Made by a program: the position numbers and the translations under genes
The notes under the pieces: generated by a model
What the model was told of the DNA's origin: nothing
Database searches by the model: none
What the model saw: only the letters and a program-made list of their open reading frames with translations
In this document: positions 40,191-49,917 of the stretch, one piece after another
Numbering within the stretch: position 1 is the stretch's first letter
Layout of the letters: each line of letters starts with the position of its first letter
From: Dehalococcoidia bacterium
GTDB lineage: Bacteria > Chloroflexota > Dehalococcoidia > Lucifugimonadales > UBA1123
Reading direction: 5' to 3'
Assembly: GCA_963665255.1 (NCBI GenBank)
Contig: OY762210.1
Coordinates: forward strand, 2,280,293-2,344,292
Length of the DNA: 64,000 nt

Positions 40191-41297
40191 TTACACGAAT
40201 ATGTCCTCGGGAAGGAACGCTGAGACCGTGACGTTTGGCAGATCGACGATGTTGCTTATCTTCAGATCAACGGCCACAGAGCAGATTACGTATGCTTGTT
40301 CGCGAGTGTATCCACGCTCCCCAAGGAGGTCGATCATATTCAGCAGCGCGCCTTTTGCCGCGAGAGTAACGTCCTCGTCCTCCTGGGTGCCGTCTTCTCG
40401 AATTGGGTAGCCGACGGTTGCGGTGAAGTTCCCTGGTATGGCGAACTGTGGCGGCAGGAAATAGCCCGGGTGGGAAAACCGTGGCATGGTTATCCCTCGA
40501 CTTGCAGCAGCCCCCTTATGGACTGTAAACCGGACCGATACGGTGGCCCCCATTTCGATAGCGGTGATGCACACCTCTCCGTCGCCCTGAGCGAAGTGTC
40601 CGTCGCCCACGGAGAAGAGTCCGCCTTCGACGGCGACCGGTATGTACAGCCTTGACCCACGTGTGAGCTGCTTGACGTCCATGTTGCCGGCGTTTTCGCG
40701 CGGTGGCCCAGTCCTCAGTCCTTCTTCCGCAATCTGCCCCCCCGGAACAGCGTCCTGAGCATCTGGGGGCGGGACATTGCCTCCCCGTTCCAACAGGTCA
40801 GCTTCCCTGGCGGTCCATGCCGCAAGCTGCTCGTGGGAGGGAGCCAGCCCTGCCGTACCCATAAACGACCCGTCTGGTATACGTACACCGGGGACCTGTT
40901 CAGAAGTAGCGTAACCATGTTCGATGTCCCAGTGTGCAATAAACGGTTCAGTGAAGACGTCCCTGAGAAACCCGGCTCCGGGGCGGAAGCGTGTGAAGCC
41001 ATAGGGCTGCGGAAAGATATCGACGTACTCGATCTCAAGAAGGTCGCCAGGTTCAGCGCCATTCACGTAGATCGGCCCGGTAAGCGGGTGGCTCACCTTC
41101 TGGTCCATGGCCTCCAGGTCCTCGACGACCGTCGAGCGTGTCATCTGACCGTCACTCGCGTCCCGGGTGTCGATTACGATGTTCTCGTTCTCTCCGACCT
41201 CGATTATCGGTGGCACGTCCGGGTGCCAGCGATTGTGGCCGGTCTCCGGCTGCTCCTTGAGCCTCTTGTTCCTGTCGATTCTGATGAACTGAGTCAA
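40191..41297 (-). CDS. Acetamidase/formamidase-family protein
   Basis: HNRWHPD, HPLTGPIYV.GAEPGD, GNMD, GDGHFAQGDGEVC.TAIE. Confidence 0.92.
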   Translation of the reverse strand: MTQFIRIDRNKRLKEQPETGHNRWHPDVPPIIEVGENENIVIDTRDASDGQMTRSTVVEDLEAMDQKVSHPLTGPIYVNGAEPGDLLEIEYVDIFPQPYGFTRFRPGAGFLRDVFTEPFIAHWDIEHGYATSEQVPGVRIPDGSFMGTAGLAPSHEQLAAWTAREADLLERGGNVPPPDAQDAVPGGQIAEEGLRTGPPRENAGNMDVKQLTRGSRLYIPVAVEGGLFSVGDGHFAQGDGEVCITAIEMGATVSVRFTVHKGAAASRGITMPRFSHPGYFLPPQFAIPGNFTATVGYPIREDGTQEDEDVTLAAKGALLNMIDLLGERGYTREQAYVICSVAVDLKISNIVDLPNVTVSAFLPEDIFV

Positions 41298-41318
41298 GGT
41301 GAGTGTCTCCTGGTTGTC

Positions 41319-42083
41319 TTAACCGGTGAAGAGCCTGTCGTCCACTGTGTCCTGAGGCTCCCAACCGAGTACTTCCTTCGGATGTGAGAGGTCCCGGTAG
41401 TTCCAGCGGTTGTTCGATACCGCGAAGAATGTGTCGCACTTCAGGTCCTCCGGGGCATCGATGCACGCCTTGAGGTGGGTGGCGACGTCCCTGTGGCTCA
41501 GATAGATCGCATTCTCGCGGATTGTCCTGGGACGGTTCTCACTTGTGACTGAACCTATCCTCACGCATATCATGCTCATGCCGTAGTCATCGGAGAAGTG
41601 CCTGGCGAGGGCCTCTCCCCAGATTTTAGCGGCGCCATAGAGCGCCTCGGGCCTGACGTCGAGATGAGTGAGCTTTCTGAAGTCTGAAGGCACCTTATCG
41701 TATTCACCGGCAGCTATGTGAGAGTATGGGGGAACAAATTCGAACCCTCTGATAGCATTGCCACTGGAAGCGAAGATCACCCTTTTGACCCCTGCCCTGC
41801 GCGACGCCTCGAAGACGTTATATGTTCCGACCACGTTGCCGGCATGTTGTCCCTCCCAGTCCTGTGAACCGAGATATGCAGCCAAGTGAACGACGACTTC
41901 CTGACCCTCGAACGCCGGCTGGATGGCGTCGAGGTCAGAGATGTCGGCCTGCACAGTTCGGACGCCATCGACCGGACGCCGATTCAGTGCGGTCAGCTCG
42001 TAACCTCCTGACTCAGTCAGGTGGTCCTTGAGCAGCCCTCCAATCAGCCCGCTCATTCCGGTTATCAGCACTTTCTTGGCCAT
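41319..42083 (-). CDS. NAD-dependent epimerase/dehydratase (uronate dehydrogenase-like SDR)
   Basis: ITGMSGLIG, HLAA, FASS, YGAAK, RIGS. Confidence 0.86.
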   Translation of the reverse strand: MAKKVLITGMSGLIGGLLKDHLTESGGYELTALNRRPVDGVRTVQADISDLDAIQPAFEGQEVVVHLAAYLGSQDWEGQHAGNVVGTYNVFEASRRAGVKRVIFASSGNAIRGFEFVPPYSHIAAGEYDKVPSDFRKLTHLDVRPEALYGAAKIWGEALARHFSDDYGMSMICVRIGSVTSENRPRTIRENAIYLSHRDVATHLKACIDAPEDLKCDTFFAVSNNRWNYRDLSHPKEVLGWEPQDTVDDRLFTG

Positions 42084-42142
42084 TGGTTTCCTCCATTCTG
42101 CATGCGACTTTCATCGCGAACAGCGCGAGTTCGTTTATATAG

Positions 42143-42151
42143 TGGTATACT
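42143..42151 (+). promoter_or_regulatory. Extended -10 promoter upstream of the sigma factor gene
   Basis: TGgTATACT. Confidence 0.45.
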
Positions 42152-42397
42152 AGTTGTTCGCTTGAGAGGCGAACAGGCTTGCGACAGTAAACTAGCCGAC
42201 CCTGCGGATGTCAAGTCAGGCACAGACATCGCGAACGGGGGCGCCGCTGGTAACGGCACTTTTGGCGTCCATTCAGATCGGGCGCGTCATAACCCCTGGC
42301 AACGTAGGCAAATGTAGGTAAGCGCGAAAGTCATTGAACAGCAAATAACGGTCTGATATGGTCTGCTGAGAAGCAGTCGACGGCTCAAAGTGAGAAC

Positions 42398-43822
42398 ATG
42401 GTTGAACGACAGGATAGCCTGATAGGAACGGAATCCGACTCCAACGAAGAGTGGTCTCTGCTCGGCACAAATCGCCGCAGGAGGTCCAACGAGGGCTCAA
42501 TGGACCTGCTCAAGGCCTATGAGCGCGAGCTCGGGGATGAGCCTACTGACACGGTCAGGGAGTACCTGAGATCGATCGGACAGCATGCACTGCTGACCGC
42601 CCCGGAAGAGCTTGAACTCGGCCTCGATGTCGAGCGCTGGATGCTGCTCAAGGAGACGCGGAAACAAATGACCGCTGAGCTCGAGCGTGAACCTACGACG
42701 ATTGAAGTCGCAGCTACGCTCATTGCGGCGACCGTCAGGGAGCTGCTCCTGCTCAGGACCCTCGGGGGCGAAACTGGATTGGAACTTCCCAACGAGGCTC
42801 CGATCAGCGTGCTGCTCGGGGACCAGGACGTTAGGGAGGTCCTTGACAAGCCTCCTACAGACACGCTTAAGGAGCTCCTGGCAGGTGTAAGCGGCGACAC
42901 CCCCGATGAGTCGGGCCCGCGCCTTGCTGCGCTCTCCCGCACCTCGAGTCTTATTCCTCCTGATGTGTTCGAGGTCGTCGAACGTACCCTCGGAGCGGAG
43001 CTCTACGCCGATCTGCTGGACGTTGCTGCAGTTGAAACGTCGATAGAAGGGCGCGACCGTCGCATCGAACAGTGGTGGGCGCTGATTACAGACCGGGGCC
43101 AGTCGGCCTCCGAGCGTCTGACCAACTCCAACCTGAGGCTGGTCGTAAGCGTGGCACGCCGTTACCTGCGCCGCGGACTGCCCCTGCTTGATCTAGTTCA
43201 GGAAGGCAACCTCGGCCTGATGAGGGCCGTGGAGAAGTATGACCCTCACCGGGGGTTCAAGTTCAGCACTTACGCGACCTGGTGGATACGCCAGGCGGTC
43301 ACAAGGGCTCTCGCCGACCAGGGTCGAACGATCAGGCTACCCGTGCACGTCGTCGAACGCCTGCAGCAGCTCAACACCGCAGAGCGGCACCTGATGCGCG
43401 ACAGGGACAGAGATCCGACCACGGAGGAGCTTGCCGCCGAGTTGGAGTGGACTCCCGAACAGGTCGAGACCCTGATGCGTCAGCGACAGCACACGATATC
43501 GCTCGGGACACCCGTTGGTGAAGAAGAGTCCACCCTGGAGGACTTCATCCAGGACACGAGCGGACGTACACCCGACGAGGTAGCGATGCGGCTGCTCACA
43601 CGCGAGGACGTCATCGAGGCCCTGGACGACATTCCACCCAGACTCAGAATGGTACTCGCTCTGAGGTTCGGCTTCATTGACGACCGACCGCGTACACTGG
43701 AGGAGGTAGGCCGCGAGTTGGGAGTAACCCGAGAGCGCGTGCGCCAGCTAGAAAAGCAGGCGCTGACGCTACTGCGCAGCTCAGGAAAGCTCCCCAAGAT
43801 CGAAGAGATTGAGCCAGACTAG
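42398..43822 (+). CDS. RNA polymerase sigma-70 factor, RpoD/SigB-like
   Basis: Region 1.2 DTVREYL..IG..LLT..EE; region 2 [39 protein letters not shown]; region 4 TLEEVG...[10 protein letters not shown]; alternative start ATG at 42499. Confidence 0.92.
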   Translation: MVERQDSLIGTESDSNEEWSLLGTNRRRRSNEGSMDLLKAYERELGDEPTDTVREYLRSIGQHALLTAPEELELGLDVERWMLLKETRKQMTAELEREPTTIEVAATLIAATVRELLLLRTLGGETGLELPNEAPISVLLGDQDVREVLDKPPTDTLKELLAGVSGDTPDESGPRLAALSRTSSLIPPDVFEVVERTLGAELYADLLDVAAVETSIEGRDRRIEQWWALITDRGQSASERLTNSNLRLVVSVARRYLRRGLPLLDLVQEGNLGLMRAVEKYDPHRGFKFSTYATWWIRQAVTRALADQGRTIRLPVHVVERLQQLNTAERHLMRDRDRDPTTEELAAELEWTPEQVETLMRQRQHTISLGTPVGEEESTLEDFIQDTSGRTPDEVAMRLLTREDVIEALDDIPPRLRMVLALRFGFIDDRPRTLEEVGRELGVTRERVRQLEKQALTLLRSSGKLPKIEEIEPD

Positions 43823-44514
43823 CGCCAGAGGCTAATCCGCTTAAAGGACTCTGCGAGCCCCCCTCCAATGGCCTTGCCAGTCTCGGCTGCACGCTCCCTG
43901 GATCGCTCGGAAGCCACCTCTTTGGGACGGGACATCTGGCTCACGTGGCAGTACAGCGAGTCCATCTTCTTTTCGAACGTGTCCGTTATGTCGATGAATA
44001 TGTCGGGATCTTCGGACCTGAAGAGCCACACTTCCTGCACGTTGAACGGCTCCAGGCCTTCGTCAAGCAGGTCAGGGAATGCAAGGTGGTCCCGGGCATA
44101 CGGGAAGACTGCGTCCAGGGTTACCCTGCCCGTCATGTAGTGGTCACGGTGGCGGATGTAGGGGCGGTTGGGGTCGATGGTCACGACCAGATCGGGCCGG
44201 TGCTTTCTAATCTGCCTGACCAGGGCTTTCCTGAACTCGACGCAATCCTCGAGGTTCTGGTCCGGAAAGCGCAGGAACGCCACTTCCGCAAGGTTCAGCA
44301 ACTTAGCTGAGTCGAGCTGTTCCTTCTCCCTGGTCTTCGCGAGCGCCGCTGGGTCGATGCACCTGTCACTCGTCCCCTTGTCGCCATTAGTGCAGACGAC
44401 CAGCACGACTTTTTTGCCCTCGGAGGTCCACTTTGCAATTGTGCCCCCTGCCCCGCCTTCAGCGTCGTCAGGATGAGGCGTGACTACTAGTATGGTCTGT
44501 TGGTTATCGGACAT
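43819..44514 (-). CDS. PIG-L/LmbE-family deacetylase
   Basis: PHPDDAE, TNGDKG, R..E, HRDH, HVSQ. Confidence 0.9.
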   Translation of the reverse strand: MSDNQQTILVVTPHPDDAEGGAGGTIAKWTSEGKKVVLVVCTNGDKGTSDRCIDPAALAKTREKEQLDSAKLLNLAEVAFLRFPDQNLEDCVEFRKALVRQIRKHRPDLVVTIDPNRPYIRHRDHYMTGRVTLDAVFPYARDHLAFPDLLDEGLEPFNVQEVWLFRSEDPDIFIDITDTFEKKMDSLYCHVSQMSRPKEVASERSRERAAETGKAIGGGLAESFKRISLWR

Positions 44515-44639
44515 CGTTTCTGCTAGACTCCTGCGCCGACGTGCGGCGTGCTGTATCCTATCGAGGATCGGGACCGGCCCCGAGCCAGAAGGGTCCGGCC
44601 ACAATCAACCTATTCAGGTAAGTCAGACTCTCAGACCCA

Positions 44640-47114
44640 ATGGCAGATATTACCACACCAGAGCAGTTCCTTGGATTCAAAGTAGGCGCTGACCGTTCTC
44701 TTGCAGGCTGGCCGCAAATCGTCCAGTACCTGCAACACATTGAAGGTCAGGCTGATCGGTTAAGAGTCACCGAAATCGGCCGCTCGACCGAAGACCATCC
44801 CTTTCTGCTGTGCACGGTTAGCTCTCCCGAAAACCTCAGTCGATTGGAAGACTACCGACAGTACCAGCAGGCCCTGTCGGACCCCCGTGCACTGGACCCT
44901 GGCGAGGCACCCCACGCCATTGCAAAAGCTCGTGCTGTGGTTACGATTACCTGCAGCATTCACGCGACAGAGGTTGGCGCTACACAGATGTCGCTGGAGC
45001 TGGCTTACCTTCTGGCATCCTCAGATGAACCACGGGTGCGGTCGATTCTGGACAATGTGATCCTGCTCCTGGCCCCGAGCCTGAATCCCGATGGATTGAT
45101 ACGTGTCAAGGACTGGTACGACGCCTCAGTAGGAACACACTTCGAGGGAACGATACCCCCTTACCTGTACCACAAGTACACCGGCCACGATAACAACCGC
45201 GACTGGTTCATGTTTACTCAGCGTGAAACCAGGCTCGTTGTGGACCACATTCACAACGCGTGGCGACCACACATAACGTACGACATTCACCAGACCCGCT
45301 CGGAAGGAATGCGCATGATCCTTCCGCCCCTTGTCGATCCTGTGGGCCCGAATGTCGACCCAGTCCTGCAGAGTGAGCTTTCTGTGCTCGGAACGCACAT
45401 GGCCGCCCAGCTTACGGCTGAGGGCAAGTCTGGTGTGGCAGTGAACGTCGTGTACGATTCGTACAGTCCCAGCCGTTCATATCCTCACTACCACGGTGGC
45501 GTGCGAGTACTGTCAGAGGCGGCCAGCGTGCGTATTGCCACACCTATCGAGCTTCCCAAGTCTGCGCTAAGCGCCGATAGGGGCGAGCAGCCTCGAGTCC
45601 GTTCCTGGAACCACCCCATGCCGTGGTCCGGTGGCAGATGGACTCTCAGGGACATCGTGGAGTACGACCTGTCGGCGTCTATGGCATGTTTGGACCATGC
45701 CGCCAGGAACAGGGAGTGGTGGGTCAAAAACTCGTATGAAGTCTTGAAGCGGGCCTCCGAACACAATGGCAAGCCTTATGCCTACGTCATCCCTGAAAGT
45801 CAGCATGACGGGAGCGCGGCCGATGAGTTGACTGACATTCTTCGCGCGGCAGACGTGGACGTCGTGGAATCGATCGAGAGCGCAGAGTGCGACGATCTGA
45901 CCATTGAACAGGGCGACCGGCTTGTCATGGTCGGACAGCCCTATGGCTCATTCGCCCAGACTATGTTGGAACGTCAGCAGTACCCGGACATCAGGCAGTA
46001 CCCCGGTGGGCCACCCAGGCGGCCCTACGACGCCACTGCGCACAGTCTGCCTCTCACGATGGGCGTGACATGCCATGAGATACAGCAGCCTATTGAACTG
46101 AAGACAAGACCCCACGCCGTCAATACCGGCAGTTTCCCAAAAAACGGTCACTCGATGGACCCGGCCGCTCCTGCTTACGCGATAGGCCCTGAGTCCAACG
46201 CTGCCTCCATCCTGGTCAACAGGCTGTTGTTCGGACAGCGTGCCGTGTTCAGGGCAATGTCCCACCTCGAATGTGATGGTGTCACCCTGAAGCCTGGTAC
46301 ATGGGTTGTCCCCTCTTCAGAGGCACTTCAGGAGGCACTCGGACACTGCTCCAGGAACATAGCCGTGGAAGCCCTCTGGCACAGACCATCTGAGGGCTTG
46401 AGGCTGATGAGGCCACCGAGGATTGGACTGTACGCCAGCTACGTACCGTGCATCGAAGAGGGATGGACGCGGTTTGTTTTCGACGAGTACGGGTTCAAGT
46501 ACACGTCACTCGTGGACCACGATGTTCGGGAGGAGCGGCTTGATACCCGGTTCGACTGCATAATCGTTCCTCACCAGCTTGTGCGCCAACTCTATCGCGG
46601 ATTCAGCCGGGCCCACTACTCGTCAAAGTTCTCAGGTGGGTTGGGTGATCGCGGGGTGGCGGCGCTCAGGCAGTTTGCAGAGCGCGGTGGAACTATCGTC
46701 GCATGGGACGATTCAGCGCGCTTTCTGTCGCGCCGGCTGGAACTGCCGGTGTCCAATCCGCTGGCAAGGCTGACCCACTCGGAGTTCTTTGCACCCGGGA
46801 GCCTGCTTAGCATTGAGGTCGATACGGAACATCCGCTCGGATTCGGAATGCCGGACCGTGCCGCGGCCCTGTTCATGAATGGCCCTGGCTATCGCGTGGA
46901 CAAGGGAACGGTAGTAGCAAAGTTTTCCCCTGAGTCCACACTGTTGAGTGGGTGGCTGATCGGTGAGAAGCGCATCGGCGGTCTGTCGGCGCTGGCATCT
47001 ATCCCTCTTGGCCTTGGGAAGGTGATCCTGTTCGGATTCAGACCGCACTTCAGGGCGCAGGCTAGGGGCACGTACAAGTTCCTCTTCAATTCCATTTATC
47101 ACTCTGTGAGGTGA
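44640..47114 (+). CDS. M14-family zinc carboxypeptidase with C-terminal GATase-like domain
   Basis: GRSTE, SIHATE, NPDG, DNNRD, DIHQ; C-terminal EGWTRF, F.E.GGT, LFGFRP. Confidence 0.85.
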   Translation: MADITTPEQFLGFKVGADRSLAGWPQIVQYLQHIEGQADRLRVTEIGRSTEDHPFLLCTVSSPENLSRLEDYRQYQQALSDPRALDPGEAPHAIAKARAVVTITCSIHATEVGATQMSLELAYLLASSDEPRVRSILDNVILLLAPSLNPDGLIRVKDWYDASVGTHFEGTIPPYLYHKYTGHDNNRDWFMFTQRETRLVVDHIHNAWRPHITYDIHQTRSEGMRMILPPLVDPVGPNVDPVLQSELSVLGTHMAAQLTAEGKSGVAVNVVYDSYSPSRSYPHYHGGVRVLSEAASVRIATPIELPKSALSADRGEQPRVRSWNHPMPWSGGRWTLRDIVEYDLSASMACLDHAARNREWWVKNSYEVLKRASEHNGKPYAYVIPESQHDGSAADELTDILRAADVDVVESIESAECDDLTIEQGDRLVMVGQPYGSFAQTMLERQQYPDIRQYPGGPPRRPYDATAHSLPLTMGVTCHEIQQPIELKTRPHAVNTGSFPKNGHSMDPAAPAYAIGPESNAASILVNRLLFGQRAVFRAMSHLECDGVTLKPGTWVVPSSEALQEALGHCSRNIAVEALWHRPSEGLRLMRPPRIGLYASYVPCIEEGWTRFVFDEYGFKYTSLVDHDVREERLDTRFDCIIVPHQLVRQLYRGFSRAHYSSKFSGGLGDRGVAALRQFAERGGTIVAWDDSARFLSRRLELPVSNPLARLTHSEFFAPGSLLSIEVDTEHPLGFGMPDRAAALFMNGPGYRVDKGTVVAKFSPESTLLSGWLIGEKRIGGLSALASIPLGLGKVILFGFRPHFRAQARGTYKFLFNSIYHSVR

Positions 47115-47117
47115 CTC

Positions 47118-48647
47118 GTGGCGGTAGCACTAGTTAGAGGTCGCCACGTCGTGTGCCGAGTCACCGGAAGAAGCACTGCCGAGACAGTGGACTATGGCGC
47201 TGTCGCAGTAGATAACGGGGCGGTCGTCGAGGTTGGGCCATTCGACGATCTACGCGGAAAGTACCCTTCCGCTGAGGTGATAGGCTCGAATCGTCAGGCC
47301 GTTATACCCGGACTGATAAACGCTCATCACCACGTTGGCCTGACGCCGTTTCAACTGGGAGTGCTGGACGAACCGCTCGAGCGTTGGATCATAGCCAGGT
47401 GGGCGATCCGCGACGTCGATCCCTACCTCGATACGCTATGGTGCGCTATCCAGATGATCGAGTCCGGCATTACAACTGTCCAGCACAACCACATGGCGGC
47501 CAGACTCCCTCCAGGAGTCGAACTGTACGACGCCGCCTCAGAGATCCTCAACGGATACGAGGACAGCGGCATGAGGGTCGCCTTCTCTCTATCGACCCGC
47601 GATCAGAACCACCTCGTGTACGAGGACGACGCACGATTTCTGTCAACGCTGCCGTCAGAGCTGGCAGAGCGAGCGCGGGCGCAGATTGCGGCGCGCCCAG
47701 TCGAGCTCGAAGAGTACCTGTCGGGGTGCGGTGAGTTGCACGCGCGGCGACAAGGCCCCAGAACAAACATCTTCGTAAGCCCGCACAACGTCCACTGGTG
47801 CTCGGACGAGATGCTAGTCGCGATCAGCGACTTCGCGAGAAGGCACCAGACCGGGTTCCACATACACCTCCACGAGACCATATACCAGAGAATGTACGGC
47901 AGTCGTCATTGGAACGGTACCCCGCTATCTCACCTGTCGGAACTTGGTGTACTTGGACCGGAAGTGTCCTGCGCTCATGGTGTCTGGCTGTCTGAGTCCG
48001 ACATAGACGTACTCGCAGAGACGGATACGGCAATCTGCACCAACCCCAGCTCCAATCTCAGGCTCAAAAGCGGTATCGCACCAGTCAACCGGCTCCTCGA
48101 GAGTGAGGTCATGGTTGCCCTGGGCATCGATGAAGCCGGCATGAACGACGATAACGACATCCTCCAGGAAATGCGGATCGCGCAGAAGATCCATAGAGAA
48201 CCGGGAGTCGACGCCCCCTACCCCACATCACATGAAATCCTGGAACTCGCCACAGCAAACGGGGCCAAGGTGACGTTCTTTGACGATGTCGGGACAATCG
48301 AGCCCGGCAAGCGTGCTGACCTCGTTGTACTGAACCTAGACCGGATCGAAGACCCATACTTGCATCCCGACACTGACATCGTCGATGCAATCCTGTACAG
48401 GGGCAAGGGACTCGACGTTGATACAGTTATGGTGGATGGAGAGGTCCTGCTGAGGAACGGAGAGTTCGTCAAGGTGGACAAGTCTGAGGTCCGAGCCAGG
48501 CTACAGGAATCGCTGGCGAGAGAGCTGACTGACAGAGAGATTGGACGCGCGGCGTTATCCAAAGACCTGCTGCCGTACGTGAACAGGTGGTTCTCAGCCT
48601 GCGAGATCGAAGAGGGCCCGCAGCACTACACGTACAACCTTCTCTAG
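47118..48647 (+). CDS. Amidohydrolase (deaminase-like)
   Basis: PGLINAHHH, HIHLHE, AHGVW, NPSSNLRL.SG, GID, GKRADLV. Confidence 0.9.
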   Translation: MAVALVRGRHVVCRVTGRSTAETVDYGAVAVDNGAVVEVGPFDDLRGKYPSAEVIGSNRQAVIPGLINAHHHVGLTPFQLGVLDEPLERWIIARWAIRDVDPYLDTLWCAIQMIESGITTVQHNHMAARLPPGVELYDAASEILNGYEDSGMRVAFSLSTRDQNHLVYEDDARFLSTLPSELAERARAQIAARPVELEEYLSGCGELHARRQGPRTNIFVSPHNVHWCSDEMLVAISDFARRHQTGFHIHLHETIYQRMYGSRHWNGTPLSHLSELGVLGPEVSCAHGVWLSESDIDVLAETDTAICTNPSSNLRLKSGIAPVNRLLESEVMVALGIDEAGMNDDNDILQEMRIAQKIHREPGVDAPYPTSHEILELATANGAKVTFFDDVGTIEPGKRADLVVLNLDRIEDPYLHPDTDIVDAILYRGKGLDVDTVMVDGEVLLRNGEFVKVDKSEVRARLQESLARELTDREIGRAALSKDLLPYVNRWFSACEIEEGPQHYTYNLL

Positions 48648-49822
48648 CCAGCCTGCTCTTCCGGCGCCCTGACTTTTCGGAACATCGCGTACAGCGCACC
48701 ATTGTAGCCAAGCTTAATTACGCTGCCGACGATTATCGGGATGCCAAGCGCCGTCGTACTGGCGACAAACCCCGCGATGGCCGGCGTTATCGTCTGGGCC
48801 AGGGTCCTGCCCAGATTTGTCATTCCAGCCGTAGCCGTGCGGGCCTCGGGAGGAACTATCGCCATCGAGTAGGACTGCCGTGTCGGAATATCCATGTCGT
48901 TGATGAGTTCGCGGGCCATGAAGAACACTACGGCCAGTAGTGGGTTCCCCGTCAGTGCCATGAAGATCATCATCGAGTTGGCAAGGCCCTGGGACGCCGC
49001 CATGGTCAGTATCAGGCCTATTCGCCTGGCGGTGGGCGCGGCGAGAAGGATCGAAACCGAGTTGAGTAACTGACCGATGAAGAAGATGCCCGCAATCGTC
49101 TCCGCTCCCATGTCGAACCTGTTGGCAAAGAAGTAAGACATGAAGCTGTAGACCATGAAACCTCCGCCCAGCGAATCAAGGCTGAACAGGAGGGATAGCT
49201 GGATCATGATCGTCCTGGCACTCCGAGACATTTTCTGAGGCTCTTCGGCACCATCGACTCCTGCTCGCGGGGGCTCCGCCTGTGGGCTCAGCATCCAGTA
49301 CACGGCCAGTCCACAGAAGGCCGAGACCGCGTACACGAAGAACATCAGCTTGTAGGAAGCCACTTCATCGATCCCAAACAGGAACTGAAGTCCTGCAGGG
49401 ACTGCAATCATCAGAGAACCGACCGCCTTTGTGAGTCTCCCAGCAAGGTTGTACATGCTGAAGACCAGCGTGCGTTGATCGGGTCGCCCCGACTGCGCCA
49501 GTATCGCCATGTCAATCGACAGAAAGGCAGTCCGGTCCCCGCCCGTCGAAGTCGTCATTGCAATCAGCGAGATGGCAATCAGAAGCGCAGTCTGCTCGGT
49601 CAGGGGAAACAGCACACCGCCTATTCCCATCAGCGCGGCCATGACGATCAACATGCGCCGCCGACCGATGGCGTCACCTCGCCAACTCGCTACGACGTTG
49701 GAAAGCGTTCCGCCAGCCATGATGGCGCTGAAGACCAACCCAGCCTGGACTGGAGTGAATTCCAGCAGGTCCAGGTAGACGCCCAGAAATACGCTGAGAA
49801 AACCGTAACCCAGCGAACGCAC
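48644..49822 (-). CDS. MFS transporter (true start probably upstream, possibly non-canonical)
   Basis: GDAIGRRR motif A, DSLGGGF, MDIPTRQSY; the frame stays open up to 49933. Confidence 0.85.
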   Translation of the reverse strand: MRSLGYGFLSVFLGVYLDLLEFTPVQAGLVFSAIMAGGTLSNVVASWRGDAIGRRRMLIVMAALMGIGGVLFPLTEQTALLIAISLIAMTTSTGGDRTAFLSIDMAILAQSGRPDQRTLVFSMYNLAGRLTKAVGSLMIAVPAGLQFLFGIDEVASYKLMFFVYAVSAFCGLAVYWMLSPQAEPPRAGVDGAEEPQKMSRSARTIMIQLSLLFSLDSLGGGFMVYSFMSYFFANRFDMGAETIAGIFFIGQLLNSVSILLAAPTARRIGLILTMAASQGLANSMMIFMALTGNPLLAVVFFMARELINDMDIPTRQSYSMAIVPPEARTATAGMTNLGRTLAQTITPAIAGFVASTTALGIPIIVGSVIKLGYNGALYAMFRKVRAPEEQAG

Positions 49823-49917
49823 CGCCGCGGCGGCAATTACTACCTTGCCGTCGCGGTCAACAGTGGGAAAGGCAGAACGAAGGATTTCGGTTAGCCCTGC
49901 ACGTCTAGCGCCGTCGC

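Noticed and set aside
44565-44605. GC-rich imperfect hairpin between the PIG-L and M14 genes as SRP or another ncRNA
   Set aside because: Lacks the SRP domain IV motif and is too short to support a call
47112-47120. In-frame UGA between the M14 peptidase and the amidohydrolase as a Sec site
   Set aside because: Both proteins are complete; GAGGTGA serves as RBS for the GTG start; no SECIS seen
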